Below, piece after piece: positions 10,324-23,235 of a DNA stretch of 40,649 nucleotides (position 1 is the stretch's first letter; each line of letters starts with the position of its first letter). Location of the stretch: NCBI GenBank assembly GCA_000934665.2, contig JYFJ02003515.1, positions 1-40,649 of the forward strand, read 5' to 3'. Below the pieces are notes generated by a model. The model was not told the origin of the DNA. It did no database searches and saw only the letters and a list, made by a program, of their open reading frames with translations. Source of the stretch: Catajapyx aquilonaris. Lineage: Eukaryota. Made by a program: the position numbers and the translations under genes.

Positions 10324-10638
10324 AACAAACGCGATAATTGACTCCCTCATTGAACGTTAGTCTTTCAGTCCCTCTCACAGCAAACACGGAGCACTGGAGT
10401 CTCATTGACAGAGAGGAACAGACTGGACTCGGAATCAGTAAGTGACCCAAAGTGACCTCAACATGATTGTGTTTTTAACAAACGCGATAATTGACTCCCT
10501 CATTGAACATAGTCTTTCAGTCCCTCTTCCCCGCTCTCTCACAGCAAACAAAAACTTCGTCTTCTCCGGAGCACTGGCGACAGAGGAGACTCCGAATCAG
10601 TAAGTGACCCAAAGTGACCTCAACATGATTGTGTTTTT
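10324..10638. repeat. Imperfect tandem duplication, two units of ~155-160 bp
   Basis: Units start at 10324 and 10477 with aacaaacgcgataattgactccctcattgaac and both end gaatcagtaagtgacccaaagtgacctcaacatgattgtgttttt. Confidence 0.9.
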
Positions 10639-11519
10639 ACACATAACTCAATGTGAAAATCTTGGGAAACTTGGCTCACAAGTAGGTAGGCTATAGCAGT
10701 TGTGCATGTGGCGCCGGTATTCAACATCATCTTGCCGGAAGACTTCGGGGATGAAAATGAGCCATATGAAATTTGCCATTCAAATTGAAGACTGCACAGG
10801 TATAGAAATCCCAGTTAATTTACCTCATTAAATCCGCCAATCATAAAATCGTGTAATGAAGACACCAGATGCCAGTCACATTCTGCCTGACACCATATGC
10901 ATGGCAGTTAAAAAAAAGTTTGATGTTAGTAACTTTTAAAAATCTCCTGAGTGTAATTATAATGCGAAAATCCCAATTAAAATTAGCAATTACTCGTAAT
11001 ATAGGGTACGTTGTATTGAGCGACCCTTGAAAAAAAAAACAAAATATTTTATTTGATGCCCAATTTTATGCAAAATTGGGTCGAGTCATCAGCCGTCTAT
11101 ACAACACAGTCCGAAGCTGTGCCTTACAGAGTGAGTGTCAGTGCGTGCTTCAAGCGTCGGCAAGGATTGAGCAGAATATTTGGATGTCACACTGCCTCGT
11201 AAAACTGTAAAAGTGTACCGCAGCCGCACGACATTGTTGCTCACAGAGTGGGCAATATTTCATAGGATTTATTGAGAAGCTCTGTTTCAAGGTGGTGTTT
11301 CAAGGTGAGTGGCATGGTTCTCCAGCCATTTTCATATGCAACAATCTGTCACCTGACTCAATGTCACTTCTCCCAGCATTCACACGGTCGTAGTCGCATT
11401 TATCTGCTGGACAACTGTACCACATTTCATGAGAACATATGCTAAAAAGAGGCCCCTCGCATCGGCTGCACTTTTCCGGGTCGCGTATTTCCGAACCGTA
11501 CCACATTCTAACCCCATGT

Positions 11520-12345
11520 GCTCAGGGTTCAGATAGTGGAAAGTTGCTCGGACCGGTTCTGGCATACTTATCAGGTTGGCACTGGTCCTGGAGCTTTTAC
11601 ATTAGTCTCCGCATACGTGTCCCCAGGTACCTCCTTGGACGTGGCTTTGGAAAGCATTGAGAAGGGCATGACGCGAACGGGGAAAGCAGTCATATTAGGG
11701 GATTTTAATGCTCGCTCCCCGGTCTGGGGGGGGGGGGGGGTGGGAGACTATGGAGTCGGATCGTGGTTTAAGGATGGTGGATTGGACCACGGAACGGGAT
11801 CTCCTAATTGTAAATGACGTGAGGGAGGGCCCCACGTTCCTGACTGGCAATGGCAGTAGCCATATTGACCACACGCTCGCCAAAGCAATGCAACTTAGCG
11901 ATTGGAAGATTGACTCCGAAGAACTATGGAGTGACCATAGGCCCATTACTTTTGTTGTAGGTGATGTACATCTCCCGGAACCGGGGCTAAAGTGGTTAGT
12001 CGACAGGGCCGATTGGGTGGGGTTCGGGACGGCCATTAAGGAGTGGACGCTGCGAAATGCGATCTCTCCTGATCTTTCTTTGGGGGAGGTGGAAGGGTTA
12101 GCTGAGGATCAGCAAGGGGAGTGTGAGCGAGTGGCTCGGCAGTTCATCCCCAGCAAGCGCAGGCAATCCAGGGCTTCGTGGTCGTGGTCTCCGGAGCTGG
12201 CACGACTCAGAAAATAGTCGAGGAATCTCAGGAGACGGTGGCAATGCACTAGGGGCCGGACAAGAAAAGCAGGCGGGGACAGGGATGCCTGGAAAGCTTA
12301 CGCTGATGTCCGCAAATTGTATAAGGAGGCTCTCAGGAGTCATAA
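11520..12345 (+). mobile_element. R1/LOA-like non-LTR copy C, fragment of APE endonuclease and linker
   Basis: LVSAYVSP, ILGDFNARSPVWG, GPTFLTGNGSSHIDHTL, WSDHRPITF, RADW, WSWSPELARLRK; frameshift at the poly-G run near 11730. Confidence 0.85.
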
Positions 12346-12525
12346 AATTGAGAGTTGAAAAGGAACTGTCGTATTTTTCTTGGCTCCTTCAGGGCATCTC
12401 TCTTTAGTTGATTTGGGACATATTTGAATTAATTGAATGCCAGGGACTTGCGGTTTTAACCGCCCGCTCTTCAAGCGGTTTGGATTAGAAACAGATGGCG
12501 TCACAAAATCCCTCAACGCCAGAAC

Positions 12526-13200
12526 TGAGTTGCAGGGGCGTGCGGAGGAGTTTCAGAACACGTGCTTGCAATCTGGCAGAGATAGCATCCCCAGGACTAG
12601 AGCGGAGACCCGCGCACATGCATGTCAGTTCTGATCCCCGGAGTTGGGGAGATTGAGGAAGGGTGCCAGAACAGCGCGCCGTAAATGGCAGGCTTCTCGG
12701 GGCTTCGGAACGGAGGCGGAGAGAACAAGGCTTCTTGTTTGGAGGCGGGCATCCAGGGCCTATAAGGACGCCATCATTCTCCATAAAAAGAGTAGTTGGG
12801 AGAAATTCTGCGAAAGGGAATCTTCTAAGGACCCATACTCCCTCCCTTACCGAATAATAATTAGAGAATCTTTCGGTCAGAGCATCAGCAGCTCGGGTGG
12901 AATGGAAGCAGGGGCGGGTACGGGATGGGGAAACTCGATCAGGCTTTAGTACGAAAATACTTCCCGAAAGACAACGGATCATGGGACCCTTCGGTGCTCT
13001 CGTCTTATCTGGAGGACACGTCCGAAGAGCTACCTCTCACGATGGATGAACTCCAACTAGTGACAGAGGAAATTAACCCCTGTAAGGCGCTTGGACCGGA
13101 GGATCTCCCTCTGGCCTGTCTGAGGCGAGTCTTTTTAGCCGTTGGACCTTTTTGGCTCGCCCTCCTCAATCTTCTGTTTCGGTCGCATTACTTCCTGGAT
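12526..13200 (+). mobile_element. R1/LOA-like non-LTR copy D, linker to RT start, close relative of copy A (about 1080-1765)
   Basis: Shared blocks with copy A: SSKDPYSLPYRII, LDQALV.KYFP.D.GSWDPSVL, INP.KALGPEDLPLACL.RVF, WLALLN. Confidence 0.85.
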
Positions 13201-13278
13201 GCGGAACATCTGCAGCTCCATTGCATGCTGCCTTTGGTCGTTGGAGCTCGCCATAGACTTTTAGTAGCCTCCGTCCGT

Positions 13279-13342
13279 CCGTGGGGTCTTTTAGGACTTT
13301 TAATGCATTTTAATTCCTTTGGGGTCCGAAAAGACCCCACGG
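13279..13342. repeat. Short inverted repeat / hairpin
   Basis: ccgtggggtcttttaggac (13279-13297) vs gtccgaaaagaccccacgg (13324-13342): 19-bp arms, one mismatch. Confidence 0.8.
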
Positions 13343-16099
13343 CACGGTTCCTGGGTTAATTGTTATTTCAGGGTTATAATTCTGCACCCAAGACCTCACG
13401 CTACGCTCCCATAATATTTCGGAAAAGCTTCGGGGGATAGAGTTGGCCGTGCGTCAAGACTTCCGATGATCCCAGCGAGGCCTCCAAATCGCGCTCCGGA
13501 AGAAACAAAAATACGTACTACAAGACTTGCAAATTCGTCGCGCGAACGAAAAGTTTGCGAGGAACTTGTATACAATAAAACAGTTCCTCGCCAAATGTGC
13601 TCATTGCACTTCATGGATTTATGATGTGGGGAGCGCAGAGGTTTTTTTCAGTTACATGCTGGGACTGCGATGGAAGTCGCCGATCTTCAAGCGATTAGAA
13701 TTAGAATACTCTAGATGCCACTTCGGCGAGTTTACAGTGTCTATGTTGACGGTTTTGAACCCTTATTGGGTTGGGGGGATGAAAGGCTATCCCGGGCCGT
13801 CTCCCCCTTAAATTCTTAAATTTCAATGTCCCCATATAAGTAAGCAGGCAGGGCAGGCGTGCTCTGTTGGGGCGTGCACTGGGAATTGACCTCTGCATGT
13901 CGGGAAAAGGGTCACGGGGTCACAGGGGGTAGGTCACGCTTGATGCCTTTTCCTGGCGTGCAGAGGTCAATTCTCGAAATTCCATCCGATCGCCTTCGAA
14001 TTTTATGGGTAGAGAGACCACACCAAGGGATGAAAGACCCAACAAGCGTGACCTGCCCCACATGACAAGATTACTGTGCGATTACAGAAGATTCAGCTGA
14101 AGGTGCAGAAGGCAAAGAGGGTCAAGGTCCAATCATTGTTGAAGTGCCTGTCGCAGGAAAGGCTACAAAGATCACTTTTCCGCCATGCAGGGGAGCGGGG
14201 CTACTTTTGGTTGACAGGACAAGAGTGCTGAAAAGAGCCTGCGCCACTTCAGTTGCGTTATCGACTGGCTACCAAATTGATTGAAATTTTCAAATAAATT
14301 CCATATATTTTAATCAAGTAAAAATACTGTCCATTAGAGTAATGTACACTACCAGGGCATGAAAAATAATCAAGGGATATGGATTACGAAATTCGACTAA
14401 AATAATATAATTCTGCACAGCAGGTCTCCATACATTAGCGGCCCTTTTCCTCGTTGCTATTCATACGATAACACAAATACAATTAAATAATTTTCAGCAC
14501 ATTTATATGATCATAACCTCCATTATGACATGAACTCCTAGGAAAGTGCCAGTAAGGTGACATGACGCCGCAAGTACCCAAAAATAACAGCCTAGTGAAC
14601 TAAGAACGAAGAACAACCATGCATTACACATTCACCTCATCAAAATTGCAGATGAAGGTAGAGGTCTGGTTAATCTTAATTAAACCAGAGAAATACATGC
14701 TTTCTTCGCGTGGCTTAATCTGGCACGAAATCTTTCGTGGTTGAATAAGTGAAGAAAAAGGCATTGCATTCCTACTGCACTGCGATTTAATTGCACATCT
14801 CTATTAGCTCCAGTACAATAATGCCACAATATTATGCAAAGGCATGTGGATAGTAGTATTGAACAACATGTAGGATTCATTTTTATTACCCACAACCTCC
14901 AGATAAATGATGAAACTTTCAGCAAGACAATAATATATCGTCGGACATATGTTTAAAAGAATTAATACTAATTAACTACTCATTAATACAAAAAGAATAT
15001 TCTCTGGTATGGAAACAATGTCAGTAGAATCAGAAGACGAGGACATAGACATGTCATGCGCCTGTGGGAGCAATCAACCAATAGATACATCACAAGGTGC
15101 TGTTGACACAAGAGGACGGACTGCTGAAACACAGGTAACGGCTTGAGATATTTTGTTAATAATAATAATAATAACAACAAGTCTGCACATCAATTAGTCT
15201 TCTTTTACAACGCTAATGACCCTACCCACGCCAACAACGCAATAGAAACAGTTTCATTAGAAAGGGCAGTATAATGGTCAAGATCTTGCATCCAGTGGAC
15301 GGATTCTCACACCTGCATGTCATACTAGAAATGCTCAGTTGACACCTTAATACTCACATGAGATAGGAGCCATCATTAAAGAGCTCACTATGTGGCTTTC
15401 AAATTACGCCTTACGACAACCAAACACGTGTTCAAAAGAACTCGTTTAAAATGTAATCACGTTGTTCATATTTCTCATAATCATTGCAATCACGACGCTC
15501 TTTTCTATAACATCACCGCCACGATTGCTCAAGGAATTTAAAAGTAGGATTAGGTGACCCTAAAACCCTACAACACTAATACTCATGAGCAGGTTGTGAC
15601 CCCATGATTGGAACAATGACAATGGCAGGTGGATGCAACCTCACCAACCACCAGTACTACTATTTTCATGTGGAGAAATACATCACTGTGACTTGTAATA
15701 CATACTGTGATAACACACTGACATTGGATGGGCAGATCACGTCAAATGATCCAAGAATATGATAATAGGTCAACCGACTGCTGCAGCCAATCACTGTGTG
15801 CTAACATATTCGGTACAGAGAAGCCGAATACTTGAGCCATTTTCACAAGCTTCTACAATAATAACAGCCGTCACATGCAGGCCGACGCGACGCGAGTAGA
15901 CAGTGATAATAATATAATAAAGCGACGAACTGCAGAAGTAAAATTTGCAATAATGTCCAGAGAACCTGATCAGAGGCAGCCAGGGCACCGATATCACTTT
16001 TAAATAATTTCATATTTTTCCAACACGCAGACCGACAATATCATTAATATACCGGTTTATTAAATGTGTGGATCAGACAATCTCAATCTGAAGCAGTGA

Positions 16100-16400
16100 A
16101 CACAAGCTAAGATCATTAATCAAGGACGACATCCGAACCCTCCAAAGAATGAGCCAGATGATCGGGTGGCGACAAGAGCTGTCTGCAAGATTATATGAAG
16201 ACGGACGCCTGGTTAATCGTGATTAAAACAGAAATAAACAACCCAAAGATAATTATGGCGAGTGTCAAAAAAGTGCACGGCCTATTCACTGCCCAAGCAA
16301 CAAGGAGTAATTACGAAGGGATGCGGTACTGTACGATTAATATGTTTACGATAATGTCACTTGGCATGAGCACTACCCAAATGTTGCAACTAGATTAATG
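16100..16400 (+). pseudogene. Highly degenerate LINE (RTE/CR1-like) RT fragment
   Basis: Broken frames give KDNYGECQKSARPI and QQG...GCGT, resembling RT subdomains 1-2 (K....C.N.RPI; QxGF..G.GT). Weak. Confidence 0.35.
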
Positions 16401-18059
16401 ATACCATCTTGAAACGAGACTTCGTATGGGATGAATCCATAATAACGTCTTAACCACAGTCCTATTTAACTACAAAATAATCTCACAATTCTGAAATGGA
16501 TTTTCAGCAGGTGAAACCATGACACGAGGGCGCTACAGTATAATACCGGTTGGTCAGGAACGACATGTTACCGTGTAGTAGGACATCATCATGGCGTGTG
16601 TCATCTAACCGTCTCCCTTCTCAATCAAGCTGTGCACCAATGTTGGTAGAATTGTAATGCATGGGGCATTGTTGCTGTAATTACGTTAATTGTGATTGTT
16701 TGTCTCCATGCATTCTCTGTATCTGTAGTTTCACTTTGTGAATCGTTAAGGTTACCTTGTTGTGACACAAATATGTTGTAGCAACGTAGACAAAACCGAT
16801 GTGATGAATAAAAGTACTTTGGGTCAGGAGAGTCAGTCGGTCGGCAGCCAGCGGTGCGAGAGGTTCTGCCCTCCGGAGCTGGAATTTTATGAACACTTGA
16901 TTACAGAGCTTGGTACAGAGAGGCAAAAACCTCAACGAATGACATCGTCTTTGGACTAGGAAGCATGGATTGTTGCGCCTTTCGCAACCTCTACCCCGAC
17001 AATGAGCTGCTCACTGAATACACCGCAATATTATCTTCATTCGTCTGTTTTGATAACAAAATCTATTTTGAGGCATGGTTATTTTGGCCCACGAAGAAAA
17101 TGTGAAAAGAAGCACTCCTATACATGGAATGTTTGCGGGGTATACCAATAACATAATAAAGTTACATACTGGGACTGTGTGATGCGACTTTTTTTTTTTT
17201 TTTACCAAGCTAGAAGTAAGAAGCACGTCTCATGCTGCTCTTGCACAATGGCCGCTCTGAGTGATAGTTCCGTATTCCAGAAATACGGAAAGTACTACTC
17301 GTCTAATATTCATCCCGACACAATAACATTCAGAAAATGACGCTGCAAATGGCAAGTCTTGTAGACACGAATGGGCAGCATAAACCGCTTTAATAGCGCT
17401 CAAACACAGTGTATCAGTGTTGAACAGTGATCTAGTCCTACAACTCTCGATTTATATAATTTGCTATTTGAGTGTCTTATTTTTTCCACGCCCCGTTCTC
17501 GATATCTTCACTCCTTTATGTCCTCCACCCGATCAAATGTGTGTGTGTTTTTTTTAAATAACCACTGTATCAAAACACCAAATTTTCCAGCTGTACCAAT
17601 TCCTGACCAATGCGCACAAAAAGATGTTTCTCTAAATTTATTTATTTATTTTTTGCCTTGCGAATGTAACATGTTACCTCTTGTCTTTTTTCCAAGCATT
17701 CATAAATTTTTCTGTCATTCTCCTGTGTGTGTGTGTCCCCCCATAAGGGCCTATGGCCCTCTTACCGGGGTATGGAAATAAAAATAGTCCTACAACTGGC
17801 TTACATAACAATTTAGGTGTAATACGGACGCCTCTCAGGTGAGCAGTCCAGCTTCTACCCCTATAGAGAAAGAGCACCTTATCCGCACCAAGATGAGCAC
17901 TCAGAGCAGACGTAGCCGTGGTCGACGTAGGAGAAAGTATATTGGCGGTCCTTCCTCTCCCGTCCCTTGTGATAGCGTCACCCCTCACCCTATCCCAATG
18001 TGAGCAACAAGGGGATGACTGTTTCATCAATGAAGACGGCACATAGATGTGGAGGATCC

Positions 18060-18310
18060 AAAGATTATCCAATCACTGTACCGTCGCAACAGGAGAAAGG
18101 CCACCTGATTGATTCTACAAGGCGGAAGCTCTTGTGATGATACTCAAGACTCAGGGCCTCTCAACGATCAATGCAGCAAGTGAGGAGATCAAGTCAGAGG
18201 ACGATTGAAAGACAAAGTCCCGCTTGCATCACCAAGAATAATTCCTGGCGCTCTGCGCTGCGGAGTGGAGGAGCATGGTAACATCATGCAAAAACCAGAA
18301 ACATATGGTC
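18060..18310 (+). pseudogene. Possible degenerate LINE ORF2 post-RT fragment
   Basis: LKDKVPL...IIPGALRCGVE resembles the K.RL....I.P..LYG.E.W motif of RTE-like ORF2. Weak. Confidence 0.25.
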
Positions 18311-21300
18311 CAGCTGAAGCAGGTTTCCAACAACCAAGAGTGACTGTATTCAACACAGAGTCCAATGCATTATTATTGAGTGTGCAGTTAGCTGGTATTA
18401 ACACTTACACCAAAAACATGGTTGGAGTCCAAAAATACCCAAAGTGCCATCTGCAAGAAATCGAAAGGAGTCGATGGAAAGATTATGACTTCCTTCTGAA
18501 CGCAAAGAGAGGAATAAAAATGAAGGATAGTGACGTATCGGAACCCAGTAAGAGCTAACGGCCAGTAATGGATATCAGGAACAACAAGATCCGCACAGCG
18601 ACATTATTTTGCTCAAGTTATGCTTCAGAAGAGAGCAGTTCAGTGCGATCCTCCAGTGTTCCAAATGCCAGAAGTATGTAGCCGAAGTGCACTACTGGCC
18701 ATGTACAGTACAATCTTCATTAAGAAAAGGACATTCTGAGTTGAAAATATCTTTAGCGTAATAGTCATTTGTAGAATAAACTGGGAAGGGGGCACAGACA
18801 ACACGAACTGCCTTAGAGGACAGAACGCACCTCTGGAAGGCATAATCCCAAATACGCCAACACAGCTACAACAGACCATGCCGAGCAACGACGCAGTCCA
18901 TGAACTGAGTTGACCAGAAAGGTGGCTCCTCCCCACCACCAACGAATTGTCACATATAATGGTAATTAATTACAGTCAGCATTTTTGAAAAAAACTAATT
19001 AAGCTTTTTAACAATCATGACGGCATTACACTTCTCAATAACACGTAGTATTCATCAGAAATGCACATACGCATATAACGGCTAAGATCTTGCATCCAGT
19101 GGACTGATTCTCACAACTGCGACTGTCATACCATAAATGCTTAGCTGGCACCTTAAGACGCAAATGAGGTAAGAGCTATCATTACAGAGGAAATTGTTTT
19201 GGGTGTGATCAAATCACGCCTTACTTATTACTACTGCCAAACACGTGTTGAAAATGTAATCACGTTGTTCATATTTTTCCAAAATAATTACCAAGCTCTT
19301 GTCTATATTTAACATCACCCCCACCATTCGAAATCTTACTCAATGATTTTTTTAAATAGGATCAGAAGACACTAAAACATTATAAAACTCATGTACATGC
19401 TGTGACCACCTCTGCAATTATCTAAATTATCCTTATACGGAGAAACTCATTATTACAGTAGTTTTCAAATGAACGGGCAAATATAATAATGGGCAAGATC
19501 TTGCATCCTGTGAACGGATTCTGACCCCTGCGATAGGCAACTATTTCAGGTGCAACGCACGAATTATCCCAGGTATATCAATCTTAGGACGAATCGAGAT
19601 ATTTGATGGAGCATGCCTCTACGGCCCATAAAATACAGGTCACTTGCAAGACAAGGCATAATAATATACAGGAAGACGAGAGAGAAATCCAGCTCTTGAT
19701 GATACCCTACAGCCAATCCACACACTCGCGGTCATTACTCGCACATTTCGCTGGCAAGTATTGCCCGATTGATTTGTCAGATTAAGATTGTGCAATCATT
19801 TCTCTATTATATGCACACTACTCCACATATGTGCGCAGCATGTGTGCCCTTTGTGAAAAATCTGCAACGGATCATTTCCTGTCTGTTATATTAATGTGCT
19901 AAGAAAATGCATTTTTTCCATAGCTACATTATTCACTCTTGATGTAGGTCAATAAAAACAAACAAGTGTTCCTTTTTGAAACGGTTCACTCCCATTGTTG
20001 CATGAGCCACATGTGGTCATTTTAAACGTAATTCGTGGGTTGCTTGTTCGCCAAGTGCACCGAAGCCACTTTCCAACCAAGAAGACCCCGCGAGTGACAC
20101 GAAAACTACTGCCTTTAGGAGTCGCTTACCCAAGTCAAGATGATGGCGGAAGCGGCCACCAATAAGACCCTGCAATCACCATTGCGTATACATGTCGTCA
20201 ATTGCAACAAATAATTAGTCACACAACTGGCTGGCGGCAAACGTCTATGGCATAGGCACACAAAATCCGATGCAACTCTGTGACAAATGCCTCAATTTGG
20301 CTGGAAAATATTGCGTATGCATATGCGAAGCGAAGGGTGGCATGGGCCAAGGCGGCTGCACGTGCACCCCATACTCTATGTATGGCACAAAAGCTGAGAT
20401 TTGCAGAGCACCCTGCCGACGGCGAGGGCCTGCCGTCTCCCAACTTTTTGCTCGGGGGTATACAAGGTAGAACAGAGGAAGACGTGAATTTTTCGGGTCA
20501 CGATTTATTGGTGACTCGAATCGTGATGATTTTGTTACATTATTTTGATAATATGATAATAATTAATGGTCTCAAAAACACACACTTTGTTGTAAAAACA
20601 ATGTCAGAACTTACTAAAACGTGTATGAAATTTCAGCAGGGTGTTATATAAAAAAAGCTATTTTCACACACTAAACATGACGCCTAGGATATCAAGTCCA
20701 CGAGGCGCAGAAACGGTTACGTCCAACTTCAGCAACGAAAAGCTACTACAATGACCGACAAGGACCGCAGCATGTGGCCACAACCTCACCAGAATTATTG
20801 TCCTCATAACATGGAGAAACTCCGTTGTGACTAGGAAATGCAGGGGATAATTTACCGAGACAGTTGACGGCAAAAAATCCAACAATATATAAGTCCACCG
20901 ACTGCTGCAGCCAATCACTGTCCGCGCCACGGGGTGCAACCTTGTTCAGTACAGAGAGCCGACTACTTCTATAACTGAAGACACGCTGATCGGGAAAGGT
21001 ACTTAAGGTACTGCTACGCCTTTTGCAACCCCTTCCCCGTACGTGAATTTCTCAATGGCTATTACACTATGTGTGTTTTAATAACAAAATAATCCTTTGG
21101 TGAGAAGCATTCCAAAAGTACCGAAAAATGTAATATAAAGGACACGATGGTTATTTAAAGTGGAATGGACGAGCATGCTTACCCTAATGATTTGCCATCA
21201 GGCGGAGTGGAACACATCTCACACTGAAAGTGTAAAAAAAAACTGCTATAAATTCGTGTTGATAGGTATTGTACAGTGATATTATACGGGGTAAACAACA

Positions 21301-22919
21301 GCAGCACTGATTTCATCCTTTATCAGAGACGAGAACACAATATATTGTGCAAAGTGAATCACGGTCAGACCTACACAAGGCCCCACCGCAAACACCTTCC
21401 CCTCGGAGACTACCAATTAGCACGGCCTAAGATGCCTACGATTCCGGACATGATGCTGGATTATTCCGAAAACGCCATTTGCATTGAAGGGCGTTACTAG
21501 ATATTTGGATGAAATTAGGATACCTTGTTTCAACAGTGTGATTATAAGGGCCCTGAGGAACATCCCTGCCAGTTTGTCAACAATACACGCCAGTAACACC
21601 ATTTTATTCAGCTTTCTGGTTTCGGTTCTGAAGAGTAGGCGACTGAGAAGAAAACCAAATCATCACTCATACAACTACTTCATGTAATTGTGTGTAACAA
21701 ACATCAATCAAATAGTGCAAATCGGTGCAATGCTCTTTTCCATAACATCACCATTAAAAAAATAAGATTTTAAGTGACGCTAAATCATTATCATATTTAT
21801 GTACTAGATGATGTGCCCCTTGAATCAGAACTAGCACAAAGACCACAAGTGGCCACAACCTCTCCAATAGCCAGAATTATCCTCCTGTGGAGAAACACAT
21901 TACTGTGACTTTGAAAGTGCAGGTGATAAGACCTAGACACCCAATGGCCAAGACAAAACAAGTGACGGCATATATCGACTAATATTATTAGTCTCCACCG
22001 ACTGTCCGAGCCACGAGATGCAAGCTTCTTTGGTATACAAAGAGCCGATTACTTTAACTGACGACAACTATTTCGGAATGTACGAGGAACTGCTGCCCCC
22101 TTTTGCAAACCCATCCAGGGACGAGCATCACACACAGATATGAATTCATCCCAGAAGAATCTTAGAAAAAAGGCCCGCTTGCAGCCGGTGACCCAAACAC
22201 AGCTTCTCACTTCCAACAACGACGAGCGTAATTTGTGGATGCAGAAAGGGAAGTCACATGAAAACATCATGCATACACGAGCAATCCAGAGCAGAAAGAC
22301 TCTGCAATACATATCGTTGGTTTGTGCTGGAAAAACTTAACTTGACCGTAAAACAAGCAGGACAAGAATATGGCCGCCCTCAATGCACACGACACCGCCA
22401 GGTTCGCCGGTTTGTGGACAAAGAGACGACCAGCTATAGAAATCTTCGGGCGAATCGAGACACTAGATGGAGCGCGCGCATAAATCTAAGCCCATAAAAT
22501 ACAGCTAACTACAAAACACAAAAACATATATAAAGTAAGATGATAGAAAAATCCAGCTCGAGAGGACACCCTACTGCCAATCCACAAACCCGCGGTCATT
22601 ACCCATACATTTCGCTGGCAAAGTATTACCCAGCGGAAAATGCCTAAGAGCTCTCTGATCTCCGCTATAGAGATGTACTGGCAAGGCTCCTCTTCGGAAG
22701 GGCACTCCAGAAGTGGTAAGTCATTATCTCAACATTCTGGAATAAACTCCAACGGATTGAAGGCACCACGCGACCTTAGTATGCACCTTAAAACAATTTT
22801 AAATAGTAATAAAAACATTTCTTACAGTGTGATCTATTGTGTGACAGTATTTTGCCATGCTTGTATTGTGTTGCATCACCCTGCCTACCTTGAGTCTTCC
22901 CCTTGATCACGTGCTTGAC

Positions 22920-23235
22920 CTCGATCCCGTCTCCCATCTCGCATGGCACCTACCCTATATAAGCTTGAACGCTGTGTCTTCCTCCTACCTACACCCTTCC
23001 ATAACCCTTCCTATTTTATATGTCACTCTGTGGTAGGAAGGAAACCAAGTAGGAATGGTTATGGAAGGGTGTAGGTAGGAGGAAGGCTCGATCCCGTCTC
23101 CCATTGCACCTACCCTATTATAAGCAGCTTGAACACTTTCCGACTCGTGACCAGTCGATACTGAGCCTTCCTCCTACATACACCCTACAATTATAACAGT
23201 GCACCTTAAAACCATTTCAAATATAAAAGACATTG
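22920..23235. repeat. Local duplication-inversion with 36-bp hairpin arms
   Basis: 22978-23013 is the reverse complement of 23050-23085 (1 mismatch). Direct repeat ctcgatcccgtctcccat..gcacctaccctat at 22920 and 23087. Third arm copy at 23163-23185. Confidence 0.85.

Noticed and set aside
239..13359. Active RT-based system such as a retron, DGR or group II intron
   Set aside because: RT, APE, RLE and RNase H motifs are those of eukaryotic non-LTR elements, and all copies are disrupted.
20270..20651. Cys-rich 66-aa ORF and overlapping 123-aa ORF
   Set aside because: No signal peptide, recognisable cysteine framework or splice support.
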